Below are positions 50,037 to 61,691 of a DNA stretch of 64,000 nucleotides, piece after piece. How positions within the stretch are numbered: position 1 is the first letter of the stretch; each line of letters starts with the position of its first letter. The notes under the pieces were generated by a model that saw only the letters and a program-made list of their open reading frames with translations, made no database searches and was not told where the DNA came from. The stretch spans positions 12,725,480 to 12,789,479 of the forward strand of contig CM121342.1 of NCBI GenBank assembly GCA_051530055.1, written 5' to 3'. The stretch is from Neoechinorhynchus agilis (lineage: Eukaryota > Animalia > Acanthocephala). Position numbers and translations under genes: made by a program.

Positions 50037-50303
50037 TTGTTGCCAGCAGAATTTTTACAGACTCACGTCCGTTTTCTTTCTACGAAATTATATAAACACG
50101 TTTATTTTAAAAGAAGAAGAATAAGTCACCGAACTTTGTGCCTTATGCTAGTATTCGCGGTATTGAGCTTTGCAATGTTCGTGTTAGTTATTTTCTTGCC
50201 TGAAACGATAACGCGTACATTCATGGAACTTGAGAGATTAGTTGATCTCAAACTGTATTCGGTCGACATTTGTAGCGCTCAAACGCCTGATACCGCATGT
50301 TGA
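50037..50303 (+). CDS. short ORF with one TM segment (possible type II anchor), unassigned
   Basis: Basic KRRR then hydrophobic LCLMLVFAVLSFAMFVLVIFLP; non-ATG start in the ORF track. Confidence 0.25.
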   Translation: MLPAEFLQTHVRFLSTKLYKHVYFKRRRISHRTLCLMLVFAVLSFAMFVLVIFLPETITRTFMELERLVDLKLYSVDICSAQTPDTAC

Positions 50304-50804
50304 CTCAAGTTCTGACGATTGTGATTTGTGGGTGATCGTTGTTTAGAAAAATTTAATTGCTTGTATTTGAGCAATGAAAGGTTTTTCAAAAACGTTTCAT
50401 AATGTTTAAAAGTGCACACACAAATCACTGCATATCGCACTACTTCCTTAATTTATGATACCCGTTTCCCTTCAATTCGCCAGTTAAGGGGAAAATTAAG
50501 ATGAAATTCTCAGTCGTCTCGATTTCATGAAAAGCAGATGATTATTAAAATAAGCATTATTATCTTGCCAAGAAAATGTCAGAGGAAAAATCAATTTATA
50601 GTATGCAAGGCGGTTATTGTGACGCACTCGGACAAAAGTCAGGCTAAATACCATTTCTTCAAAAATAAATGATATTGTTACGGCTGCAAGCGAATACTAC
50701 GTTAATGATTGGTTGTTGTGTTACCGACGTAACCACATTAATTGAAAAAGATTTATAAATATACGAGCTCTCCTAGCACTCATACCTCTCTAAGACCTCA
50801 AAAT

Positions 50805-51461
50805 ATGTACTCTAGAGTCGCAATCGCTTTTCTCGTAGCATTCTGCGTTCATTTCCACGCTGCAAATGAAACAATCGCATTGGATATGAGAGAACGCCTA
50901 TCAAAAATCCTTTTGAATTGTCACAATGGTTACCGTACCGAACACAATGTCGATCCACTAGAGCTAGATTCTAGCCTTACCAAAGGTGCTCAGGAACATG
51001 CAGATGAAATGTCTCAGAAAAGGCAGCTATACCACACAGACCCAAACATTCTTAGTAAAATGAACGTAGGTGAGAATATTTACACTCTCGGCATGCAAGC
51101 TATAAACGGTCAGAATCCCGACGAAATATTTGAGGCGAATATAACAAAAGCTTGTAGGATGTGGTATTGTGAGGCAAGGAATTACGATTTCGAACAAGCG
51201 AAACCACAAATGCAATCTCTTCATTTCACACAAATGATTTGGAAATCAGCTAAAAAAGTCGGATTTGGATTTTCGAAAGATACTGAAGGAAACACTGAGC
51301 AATTTAAAATAAGTGTTTACTATGTAGTGGCCCAATATTCACCTTCAGGAAATACATGGAACCAATTCGGAAGTCAAGTGCAGAAGGGAAATGCCGATAT
51401 TGCGAAAGCGTGTCCCATTGGACGGAAAAGAGAGGTTCAATTTATCCAAGCGATAATTTAG
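50805..51461 (+). CDS. secreted CAP/SCP (GAPR-1/allergen V5-like) protein
   Basis: Signal peptide MYSRVAIAFLVAF; HNGYR..H, GENIY, WY.E..YDF, HFTQMIWK, VVAQYSPSGN. Confidence 0.92.
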   Translation: MYSRVAIAFLVAFCVHFHAANETIALDMRERLSKILLNCHNGYRTEHNVDPLELDSSLTKGAQEHADEMSQKRQLYHTDPNILSKMNVGENIYTLGMQAINGQNPDEIFEANITKACRMWYCEARNYDFEQAKPQMQSLHFTQMIWKSAKKVGFGFSKDTEGNTEQFKISVYYVVAQYSPSGNTWNQFGSQVQKGNADIAKACPIGRKREVQFIQAII

Positions 51462-53368
51462 ATATCGGTTTCAATTTCAAAGCACGATGTTGATGCTCTT
51501 TGCAAATCGTGCGAGAATTAATTAAACAGTTTTTACGAGTTAAAAAATAAGTTAGATTTGAAATCCAACGGAGAATTTTTAGTTTCCTAACTTTGTTTTG
51601 AGACCATAGAAAATTTCGAGGTAATGCATGGAATGGCAATAAATGGCGTCTGGCTACTATAATATTCATTTCAACAGCCTAGAATTTTTTTAAGGGTTAA
51701 AAGAGTGCTGCCTTCTCGTCATTTTTATTGCATCACTGTAAAATATACGTGCTACGTTAACAATTTCGAGAGCTCAAAGTTCCGATAGGACGACGAAACA
51801 CATTATCCTCCATTGCCTCAAGAATGGACCCAGCATGCTCTTTCTGATACGCACAACTGATTCTCTGATAAAGATAGTTTCAGTCCCTCGATAAATCAGA
51901 AGCAAAAACAACCAAAACGGCATTTGATAAATAAAAAGAGAACACTGGAAACGTAATATCTCTTCGATAGAGTTATCGACCAGTATAGTGACTAATGAAA
52001 GGATACTACCGTTATCAATATGCATGTCATTAGAAACGATTATTTCGTTTGAATTGTGGCGATGATAATCCACAATAAAACGTATTTTATGATATAGAAA
52101 TACGTTTTATGCAACATTATCATGTCCACAATTAAAACTGTATCATCCCGAAGCATTTTCTCTCAGTTATTTTGTTTTTAATTTAATACAATCGACGGTT
52201 CAAAAATTATAAAATTACACGTTGTTCAAGCTTAAAGTTTTACGAAATGGAGAGAGTCACACTATTAACGAGAAAAAGGAAATCAGCCATGAACCTGACC
52301 TCGATCACAGGAGGCAAATCGAAAGGCAAGCAACGTAAAAGATAGCATGCTATTGATTGTAAACGGCTACATAGCATCTAAAACCAAGACATATAGATTA
52401 TTTCCTATATTTTCATTGTTGCATCGCTAAGGGAATGCGATGAGAATCGCTGGATCATAATTTTTATTAAATGCCAATAAGTAACAGTTCTCAAATTGAC
52501 ATTAAGCCTCTTTAAATCAAAAGCTGAGACGATTTATTGCCATCGATCAGTTTGTTAAGCAATGCAATGATTTTAGTTTAGAGCGTTAAGCGACGTTCAG
52601 ATCCATCTTCCTGCTAGGAATAATAGAGGGCTTGATCTAAAATGTGAACATTAGTCTTACGTTATCATCATTTAAAGACGAATCTTGTCTATAGTATTTT
52701 GCGAAAGTGCTGTCATTTCCGATCGAGTTAAATAAGAGAATCATAAGGAGACCCATGCAGAAGAGTGCAAACATCCACATGACAGCGGGAGGAATACTGA
52801 GACCATCGGTTAAAAACAAGCATTGATTGGACTGAAAGCAATTGAAATCGTTGCATTCGTTCTGGTTTTCCTGAAGCTAAATAGAAAAGATTTCGTGAAT
52901 GTTGTTCATCGTAGAAAACATTCTTACAGCGGTCAATAAACGTTTCAGCGATTGAATTTCAGCACAAAATAACTCACAAAGATTGGCATTCTCGTCCATT
53001 TATCGAACTCGAATGTCTGTGTATATATATGGAAACTTAAAAGGTTGGGGTAGTGAATGTCGAAACTATGTCACTGTTATTTTTGATGAACACTGGCACC
53101 ACCAACGTGTGACTCGATCGATGAATGGGGTGGGAGAAATAGAAGGAATGGGTGCGACAGCCGTATGATGTATGTGAGGAGCAAACCAGTTGGTTCCAAT
53201 GACTACAATCAAAGGTACTTAAAAGGGCATTTTAGTGTGATGAGGAGTGAAAACGAAGAATTAGTCTATCCACGAGTCTAGTTCACGTTTGGCAATCGTG
53301 GCATTTTAAAGAGGAAAACGAATTTCCTTTAATAACAAATTTTCGACGCCTTGCGTCTCCGAAGAAAA

Positions 53369-53413
53369 GCTTCCTGACGAAGACGCGAGGCGTCGAAAAT
53401 TTGAAGCAATAAA
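53369..53413 (+). ncRNA. minimal type-I hammerhead ribozyme plus AATAAA
   Basis: GCTTC-CTGACGA(53374-80)-A-GACGC/GCGTC-GAAA(53395-98)-AT-TT-GAAGC; perfect 5-bp stems I and II; AATAAA 53408-13. Confidence 0.9.
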
Positions 53414-54345
53414 CAAATAAAACACCCATTTTCCGTTCGATAATAAATCTGGAATAAACATGAGGGTGTTGGGAAAAAAGGCTTTCCATAATATTCTTTT
53501 AATAACGATTTAAAAAGTGAGTTTGAATACTGTACAACATGTTTAAAACTAACAAAATTCGAATATATGATGCTCATCAATCAACATCCAAAATATGGTA
53601 AATTGAAGAAAATCCACAAAAAACATTGTTCAAATGAATAAGAAATTCGACATTTTCAAAATTCAACCGATCCAAGTCTCCTGCTAACCTCGCTTTTTGT
53701 CTAGTCAATTAAAAGTCAATAAACCAGTTAAGCGTTAATTGATTTCTGAGCACATATAAGATTATAATTTGACATGTTTGATTAATGCGAAATCAAAATG
53801 ATACTCAAAAAAGCATAGGCATTCAATGATAATAGTAAAGATATCGATAGTCAATTGAAATTACTTCGACTTATACCATCAACCCGCTTAGATTTAATAC
53901 ACGAAGCAGAATCACAATATGTGAGTCCGCGGCCAAAAGTCGAAATTATCTAAATGAGAGCCGTTAATGGTAAACGGTGTACGATGCAATTAAATGTCAG
54001 ACTTTTTGATCCCAAGAACAAAGCCGTAATTGATATTTCGATTGATATACTAGTTCGAACTTTAATCAATTTTATCTTTCATATCAATCTTGCCTGAAAA
54101 AACACGATCCATCAAACTAAGTCGTACACTACGAGAGTTTAAAATGTGTGCATCACTAACAAGTATTTTGCGAAACTGAAATATCATACACAAAGTGTAA
54201 AGAAATCTATATTGTGATATTTAAACGGTTGGCGACAAATCTTGCATTAGTTTATTAAGACGGAAAAAAAGAACCAATGGAATAGCTTCAGACTACGCAG
54301 TTAATTCCTGAAAGTTCGCACTGCATTTAATTAGAGACAATAGTC

Positions 54346-54803
54346 CGGATAGAAAATATTTTATTGAATTGGGATAAATCGCGAGGAAGCTTCATCTCCT
54401 GACGATCGATTAATCGATTACACTGTAAATTCCAGACGGTTTACACTTCTAAGTTAGAGATGTGGTGATCATAACAATCCGGGTAGAAAATATTTTAAGG
54501 AACTGAGATATCTTGCGAGGAAGCTTCACCTCCTGAAGATCGACTAAATCGATTACACTGTAAATTCTGGACGGTTTACACCTCCTCTAAGTTGGACATT
54601 TGGATATGTCATTCGCGGATAGAAAATATTTTATTGAATTGGGATAAATCGCGCGGAAGCTTCATCTCCTGACGATCGATTAATCGATTACACTGTAAAT
54701 TCCAGACAGTTTACACTTGCGCTGATTTGGAGATGTGGTGATCAAAATCCTACGGATAGAAAATATTTTATCGAACCGAGATATTTATAGAAGAAGCTTC
54801 GGA
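54346..54803. repeat. about 135-bp tandem repeat, 3.4 units, alternating (dimer of about 270 bp)
   Basis: CGGATAGAAAATATTTT anchors; CTGANGA at 54399, 54533 and 54669. Confidence 0.92.
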
Positions 54804-55051
54804 GACCTATTTTAAAATTTTAAGGGGATGGGGTTCAGTTTATAGGTATGAATTGAATCAAATGGTATTCTGCCGAAGTTGTCTATAAAAATCCTTCGAA
54901 TGCTTTAGACTAAATGGTTCGCATAAACTAAAAGCGAAAGAAGCGGTATAGAAAACATTAGGAGAAATTCGTTACAATAACGTTTGCGTGAAAACCGGAG
55001 AAGATATGCCCATAATCGCCGAATTAATAGTGGGCATGTGCACTAATTTTT

Positions 55052-55258
55052 GTTTGTTCATGGCGGAAAAAGTGAAGGAGTTTGATTAAATCTGATATTT
55101 CTGGGCACAAAATTGTGCCTTTATCGAACTCTGCGAAAAACAGCTTCTAAACTTTCTCTCTTATGTTGAAAGAATTTATAACCTTGATAAGGCTTAATCT
55201 TGTATGCGGAAATATCGGATTTAATAAAATTCCTTCAATTTTTCCGCCATAAACAAAC
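55052..55258. mobile_element. MITE-like element, family 1, upstream of POLR3C
   Basis: TIRs GTTTGTTCATGGCGGAAAAAG.. / ..TTTTTCCGCCATAAACAAAC. Confidence 0.7.
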
Positions 55259-55494
55259 GTGAATATAATTCAATCTTCGAACGTACTAATTTTTAATGGG
55301 TAATCGACCCCGCGCTTATTTGGCAGTGCCACTAGCGATTCTGCATTTCCAATATTATGTGGTAACGTTATTATTTATGAATCGCAAGGGAATACGAAAG
55401 CTACTTGCTGAATATCATCAATAAAGCTCACCAGAATCCCCCTGTATTTCTTTGTTTATTCGGTATGTTCTAAATCTGGAAACGTTTCGTTCAG

Positions 55495-57262
55495 ATGTCT
55501 AAAGAATCAATTTCCGACCTAGCGATCGTGATCGTCCGTCTATACTACGGCATCGTAAATGCGGACTTGATCTCGGTTTTGTGCCGACGGGGCACCGCAA
55601 CGATGAACGACATTGAACAAGAAATGAAGCGATCGCATCAAGACATAAAAGCTATACTAGCAAATCTTATACGCTACCGGCTAATACGATTCAGTACTAC
55701 TGCTCCCATTCTATATAGACTGGACTTAAAAATGATATACCGCGTTCAATGCTTCACGAAATATTCTCAAATAGCTGGACGCTTTTTCGGAAAAACGGGA
55801 TCCTCTATTGTATTTGCAATCGCCCTTAGTGGGATCACAAGTAAAGATATTATCTTGGACGAAGTGACAACTGCGTTAAACATAGACAAGCAACTTGGCA
55901 ACAATGTTTTCGATAAAATGGTTCAAAGTGGGTATTTGAAAGATATGGCTTGTGGTCACATGTACCATCTAAACTGCGAACAATTCGAACATATTCAATT
56001 TCTTGACGAGATTGTATCGTGTCATGAGAGACAGTTCGGTTCAGTTGTAGCTTCGATTGTCAAAGCAATCGCTAGGATGGGCGTTTCCCTTGAAATATGT
56101 TTGGTTCGTAATGCCACTTTGTCATTTAGATCAAGCGCCTCCGAAATGTTGCAAACATCAAAGATCAAACTATAGAACGAACCTGAATAGTAATTTCTTG
56201 CGAACTATTTGAACAGTTCGTCGATTGTCGACTGATTTCTCCACCACTTGTTCTCCTTTTGATTTGTGTTATTTTACCACCTTACGCGGTTAAAACAAAT
56301 TTATTTTAGAACGAGTATTTCGGATTGCACGACCTGAAGAAGGAGTAAAACTCCGAAATATTGGCCCAAAATAAAGAATTTCGTTTCAATCACGTAAAGT
56401 GCCGAACTAACGGCCAAGCGTTGACTGAAAGAGATATTCTTCTCAACCTCTGTGCTGTACAATTCTATAACCATTACGGATGCGCTTGACTTACTGCCGC
56501 TGAGATATTAGATGAATTACGGAGCAGCGACGTATCCTTGCAGCAAATAGAAGAAGCCCTAAGCACTTTATCAAGAGACCGGTTTTCCAATATCGAACGT
56601 GACATGGACGCACAACGCCCAAAGTATCATATATCGATGAACCCATCACAACTTTTCTGCGACAATCTCCATAATTTTCTTGTTAAGAAATATGGCCAGC
56701 CTTCGGCTCAAATCGTAAGCACTATTCGCGCAAACAAGCGACTTCAACAAGATAAAATCAGTCAATTTGCACTGATCGATATACCAACAAGCAGTAGACT
56801 GCTGACAACTTTGTTTCGGGATCAAATCATTAGAATACACGAGTACCCACGATTCCGAACCACTGATTTGGTTCCTCAAAAGTGTGAATACTACTTCAGC
56901 GTAGCTCAGTCTTGTGCAAGGAATGTGATCATTTGCAAAAGACCGAGAGAGACGATTCCAATGTTGCAAACGTTCTTTTGAACATGCTTTACAAATCCGT
57001 CGCCAATATGATGGCGTTTATAGAATTTCTGCTGGACACCATCACAGCCGCCGGGCGGATTCAGTCACTTGTCGATAAGGAGTTTGAGTTGGAGCAGTTG
57101 AAGGGCAACTTGGATGATGGCAGTTACGAGCTTTGCGAAGGAGATTTGAAGTTACTAGAAGAGTTTTGGAGGAGGTTTCAAAAGTTAAGGGTGAGTTCAT
57201 GCGAAATCGCGCCTTTGATTGTCATAGTAGAGCGGTACTTAGAGCACAAGCAAAAAATATAA
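55495..57262 (+). CDS. POLR3C: RNA polymerase III subunit RPC3/RPC62-like
   Basis: N-terminal winged helix LAIVIVRLYYG..LIRYRL; KKYGQPSAQIV..QQDKISQFALI; LYKSVANM; 41-nt intron 56901-56941 restores frame; exon structure 56085-56490 unresolved. Confidence 0.75.
56330..56375 (+). ncRNA. minimal hammerhead motif with decayed stem I plus AATAAA, inside the POLR3C locus
   Basis: CTGAAGA(56334-40)-A-GGAGT/ACTCC-GAAA(56355-58)-TA-TT; stem I pairs only 2 of 4 (CGAC/GGCC); AATAAA 56370-75. Confidence 0.65.
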
Positions 57263-57831
57263 CCAATGCAACGATGCTAGTGAAAGCAATGCCTCGAATG
57301 CATTCGCAAATGTTTCTATGATTCGGTAGTGAGACCTAACCAACCAAATATCGTGAACGTTCGCTTCAGTTAATATTCTGTTTCTCTTCTGTGGCTGAAT
57401 CCGTCGTCCTCCAATTAGGAAAACAAAAATTATTGTTTACCACACTAAATCGCAGTTTCATGTTTTAGGACAGGCGTTTAATTTCACGTTCGTTTTTGTT
57501 ATGTTTTAAAAACCTGATCAAAATAATTGTTCGTAGCCTCAATGTTAAATTAGCGGTTTTCCGCACAGACTTGTGCAGAGTAATGTTAGAGGAGGTTTTA
57601 TTCAATCTTCGTTTAGTTTTAGATCGAGCAAGATTCTATATTTCGCGATAACAAAAATCCGATATGTGCGGTGAATAAAAATGCGAACACAAAACTATGT
57701 TTGAAAAATAGAAGATGGTTAGGTTAAAAAAATTAAATAGAAAACTAATACTAAAATTAGAGGATTTGTAAATATTCGCAATAGCGGAAAATATAGAGTA
57801 TGTGCAAAATAAAAAATATAACAATAATCCA

Positions 57832-58398
57832 TCATCCTTTTTTCTTTCTATTAAATGACTTATTTTTTCGACTAATGTTTCGCTTGTATCCTAGATGTTT
57901 AGCGTTCTCGTTGCGTTGCTTAATAACCTTTGTCAAAAGTTCAGTTTTTAGATGATCTTGCGCTTGTTTGAGAGCATCATTCGCACTTGTGGGTCTATCG
58001 TTCAATTTACATCTGCATAACTTGGCCAAAAACTCTCGGACTTCTTCGGGAGAACGTGGTTTCTCTAATCGATCCTCCATGACGCGGCGATTACTATCCA
58101 CTCCCAAGTATACTGGAACACGATTGACTTTGAACCTTTCAGCAGCCTTGGGTATCTTTGTGACATCCACCCTAACCAAATGAAAACCACATGGATCATT
58201 CGTGATACACTCCGATACCCATTTAGAATAAAAATCGATTATAAAAGGAGAACCAAAGATCTTAGAGGATACAATATCGTGAAACTCATCGGCACTCTGG
58301 GGGTTAAAGATGTTTACTTTTTTCCCGATAGATTTTATCGCGTCTTTTCGCAATTTGGCTCTCTGTTCTGATCGCCTCGATTTCCGTTTTAGGTCCAT
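57832..58398 (-). CDS. thioredoxin-fold protein lacking CxxC, with basic termini
   Basis: PFIIDFYSKW, LVRVDV, AERFKVNRVP match the Trx pattern; WVSEC at the active-site position. Confidence 0.55.
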   Translation of the reverse strand: MDLKRKSRRSEQRAKLRKDAIKSIGKKVNIFNPQSADEFHDIVSSKIFGSPFIIDFYSKWVSECITNDPCGFHLVRVDVTKIPKAAERFKVNRVPVYLGVDSNRRVMEDRLEKPRSPEEVREFLAKLCRCKLNDRPTSANDALKQAQDHLKTELLTKVIKQRNENAKHLGYKRNISRKNKSFNRKKKG

Positions 58399-58691
58399 TT
58401 TAAATGCTTGATAAACGGTTATCAATTAGCTCGCCTGTATTTCAGTTGGGTCACAATAATGGTTGTTATGGTGACGGGACTATATCATGCCGTCTGAATA
58501 ATATAAGAATGTAAGGACGAAGAAGAGTAGAACGATATTGCAAATGAAGTGCATAACGGAGCAGTTTAAGAGTAGTGTGCGATCGAAGGAATCTCTTCTT
58601 CTAGGTTTCAAAAATCTAAAAATTATAGCCTAGTCACATTATACGTTCACACTATAAAATTACTTCTTCTCACATATACAGCGAAAAGTAG

Positions 58692-60401
58692 TCATAATTC
58701 TGATGCTTGTTCATAAAGGCTACTATTAGTTGAGGAACCTTTTCGCCGACTGCTCACACTTTGCCGCTCACTATGAATTTGATTGCTGATTGTTTCTAAT
58801 TTCCGAAGTGCTTCGTTGTACTCATGTTTGGCTTCTAAGACGCACTTCTCAAGTTGACATATAAAAGTGACTTGACCTTCAAGCTTTTTTTGTAGCTCGA
58901 ACTTTTGGTCATAAAAAGGTTTTGCTCTCTTGATTTGTTTCTTTATTCCTTTTTCAGCATGAATAAGTATTTCTTCAACGCACGCCAATAAGACCTGACT
59001 CCGTTGTACTTCAAGGTCAGCTTCGGTCTTCTCTCGTTTTACTTCATCAACTTTGCTCAGTGCTTCGTTTAATGTTCGATCCCATATAGGAGATAGGCCT
59101 TGTTCCAGACGAAAACTTTCGATTTGGTCGATAAATTCCCCGATGCTTAAATATAGATTTTGAGCACGTTCGAAGCGAAGGTGTGCTGCTCTGTTAGATA
59201 TCCGAACCTATTGAGTGGAATGAGAGTGAATGGGAAATTATTATTTTAAGAAGAAAAGATAGGATAGTTTGCTTTAAAAAAATTACACAGTCGATATTAA
59301 ACCAAATAGCTTAACGAAGAAGTGGAACGGAAACAATGATGTTTTTCAGTAATAAACATTAAGCCTTTAAATAGAAGACCGTTTGTTACTCTTAAGTGAC
59401 CAAATGATCACTATTTTGTTTTTAGAGACATTTGACACACTAAGGGTAGAATATACTTTCAAAGGAACTGAATAGGAAATTAAAAACATGAAAACCGGCT
59501 CGTCTAATTAGTGACATGGACTTAGTTACCTTAAAAGAATCAAATTTTTAACACGGACTACCCTTTTTCATAGGTAGGGCTATCCTAAGGAACAAAAAGT
59601 GTAGAAATCATTTGTAAAATCTGAAAAAAATATACCATAAAACGATTAGTAAGTGTTCTAACTAAACGATGATCGCCTTAAAGAATGCGTGGAATTTGGT
59701 TGATGAGTATGCTTAAGGACATTATTCCAAAGTGATTCACCGAAATGGACAAAAATAAGTAGCTAACTTTTTTGACATCCTCCAGAGCGTCGTAATAAGA
59801 CCGAGAAGCTTCTACACATGATCCAAGTTTCTTTTCCGTTAGCGAAAGTTGATGGTTCGCTTCTTCAATTATCGACAGTTATCGGCGAGTGAGAATCATA
59901 AGATTACTGATTAACAATCGCTGATCTATACGAATGTCGCGCTTCCTAAATCCGAAAAATTAAAATGCTTACAGAGCACAATAGACAACTTACTCCAAGT
60001 TCTACTTCCAATTTATTTATAGCGTCATTTCTTTGGTTCAAAATGTCCAGTTCGACCTATACACGAACGGTAATAACTAGAAATTAAGCGAAAAATATGC
60101 GAACTGTCACTCGAGGGTCGATCCCTTCTGAACTACTTTTGTCTTCATCATCAACGCTAATATTTGATGTTGTGTCATTAGACTCGGAGTTCTGAGTTTC
60201 ATGAGTGATTTCTTGAAACGTGAGTGTACTAATCAACAGCCGGACAATCTCTCGAACGTCAGTGTCGATCGGATCTTCGTTTGTCGGCTCAATATTTAAA
60301 GTAGTGTTCAGTTCGTCTGGTGGAATTGGAAGTTTTAATATTGGCGGCGTAATTGAGAAATTGTTCTTGTGAGTATGTTTCCGTAGAATATTGGGCATCA
60401 T
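58692..60401 (-). CDS. SH3BP5: SH3BP5/SH3BP5L (Rab11 GEF, parcas)-like, multi-exon
   Basis: IDPRVT|VELDILNQ..INKLE..|EAR; KKLGSCVEASRSYY; WDRTLNEA; KRAKPFY..AKHEYNEALRKLETISNQIH; start codon tentative. Confidence 0.85.
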
Positions 60402-61691
60402 AGTTTTGCCGTCTACAAAAGAATATTTTAGCTGCACTAGTAAATGTTGAGCTCTCGTGTGTACGTATGTTTTTATTCGTGAGTTACTCACCTTCAAATG
60501 GAAGGATGGGCGAGCCTAGGAGGTTTTTTAACGAGAAAACAATAAAAACGGGCTAGGTTTTTATAGAGATAAAAGTGCGAGGAATGAGAAATCGTTTAGG
60601 CGCATGCGTTTGCTTCAATGGAGGCAAGAGAGGGATATGCGAAGCAAGTGCCGATAAGCAATTTGACGAGCACGATGCCTACAAGGCACGACGAGAAGTA
60701 GCGTGAACGTGGTAGAGATGTACTTTATCCCATTTTTGGTATACAAGTGATAATGATACTTAGAACGCGTACGGATTTTGAGATTAATCCATTTACTACC
60801 ATGATCCATAATGGGGATCATTAATGACATCCTACTGGAACTTATAAAGGTCTTCTTCCCATGTCTTGGCCGCAGATGGAACTCCTATGTTGTTTAAAGT
60901 GCCGGGTTCCCTGTTATGTGGATCATAGTAATTGATAGGGTTAAAGAGAACTCACGGCTTATTTGCTCGGAAGTGAAGCCAAATTGAATATAGCAGTAGG
61001 CTTTACATGACTTTTTATTTTTCGGGTTGATAAAAAGCTACCACCGATCAAGTGTATCATCGTTTCAAATGCGTTCAAGATCCAGACAATCACTAATACG
61101 CAATGTTATGGTCCAGAATCTTCAGTAGACCATGCTTATGAAGGAGTTAGGAATGTCTAGGTACTGTCGACGAAATAAGGCATTTATGTGCTGTGGAAAT
61201 GGTCTCAGCAGAAAGTATGAGCTAAGAGCGCACGATGATGGCTTTGCTGCCTATTCGTAAATAATTGAACGGTCTTTTAAAGGTCCAATTACGGTTCATT
61301 CTATTGAAACATCAAGATTTATCGATCCGTTGTCCTATTCCGTCATATTGACAAGTTACTAATTCTGCAGAATTGCGCCTATCCGTTACCATCAACATTT
61401 TCACCTCATTTCAAAAGAAAACATTGCGTCTCAAACTACTTTTAGAAAATCTCAGGAAAGACTCATTTTGAATCATGCCTCAAGAAAGACACACCGTTTT
61501 CCTATGATCTCAAATACCAAGAGATCTAATAATTCGCGTAAGCTGCAAAGCTTAAAATTAACCACTGCATTCATTGTGGATTCCTGGTCGGATCGATATC
61601 TGGACCAACTGTTTATCTTCAATTCTGAAATAAACATAAATTCGTAAATGATTTGATTGTGTCTTTGATTTCAATCGGGGGGAATTCCAAT

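Noticed and set aside
50037-50303. N-terminal anchor of a class I alpha-1,2-mannosidase
   Set aside because: Only a TM-plus-FLP resemblance; no catalytic domain downstream
51774-53200. Possible multi-exon membrane-protein gene on the minus strand
   Set aside because: Hydrophobic fragments exist but no consistent spliced frame or homology could be built by hand
56487-56489. Alternative genetic code or TGA readthrough in POLR3C
   Set aside because: Other genes end in TGA and contain no internal stops once spliced; an intron or error is simpler
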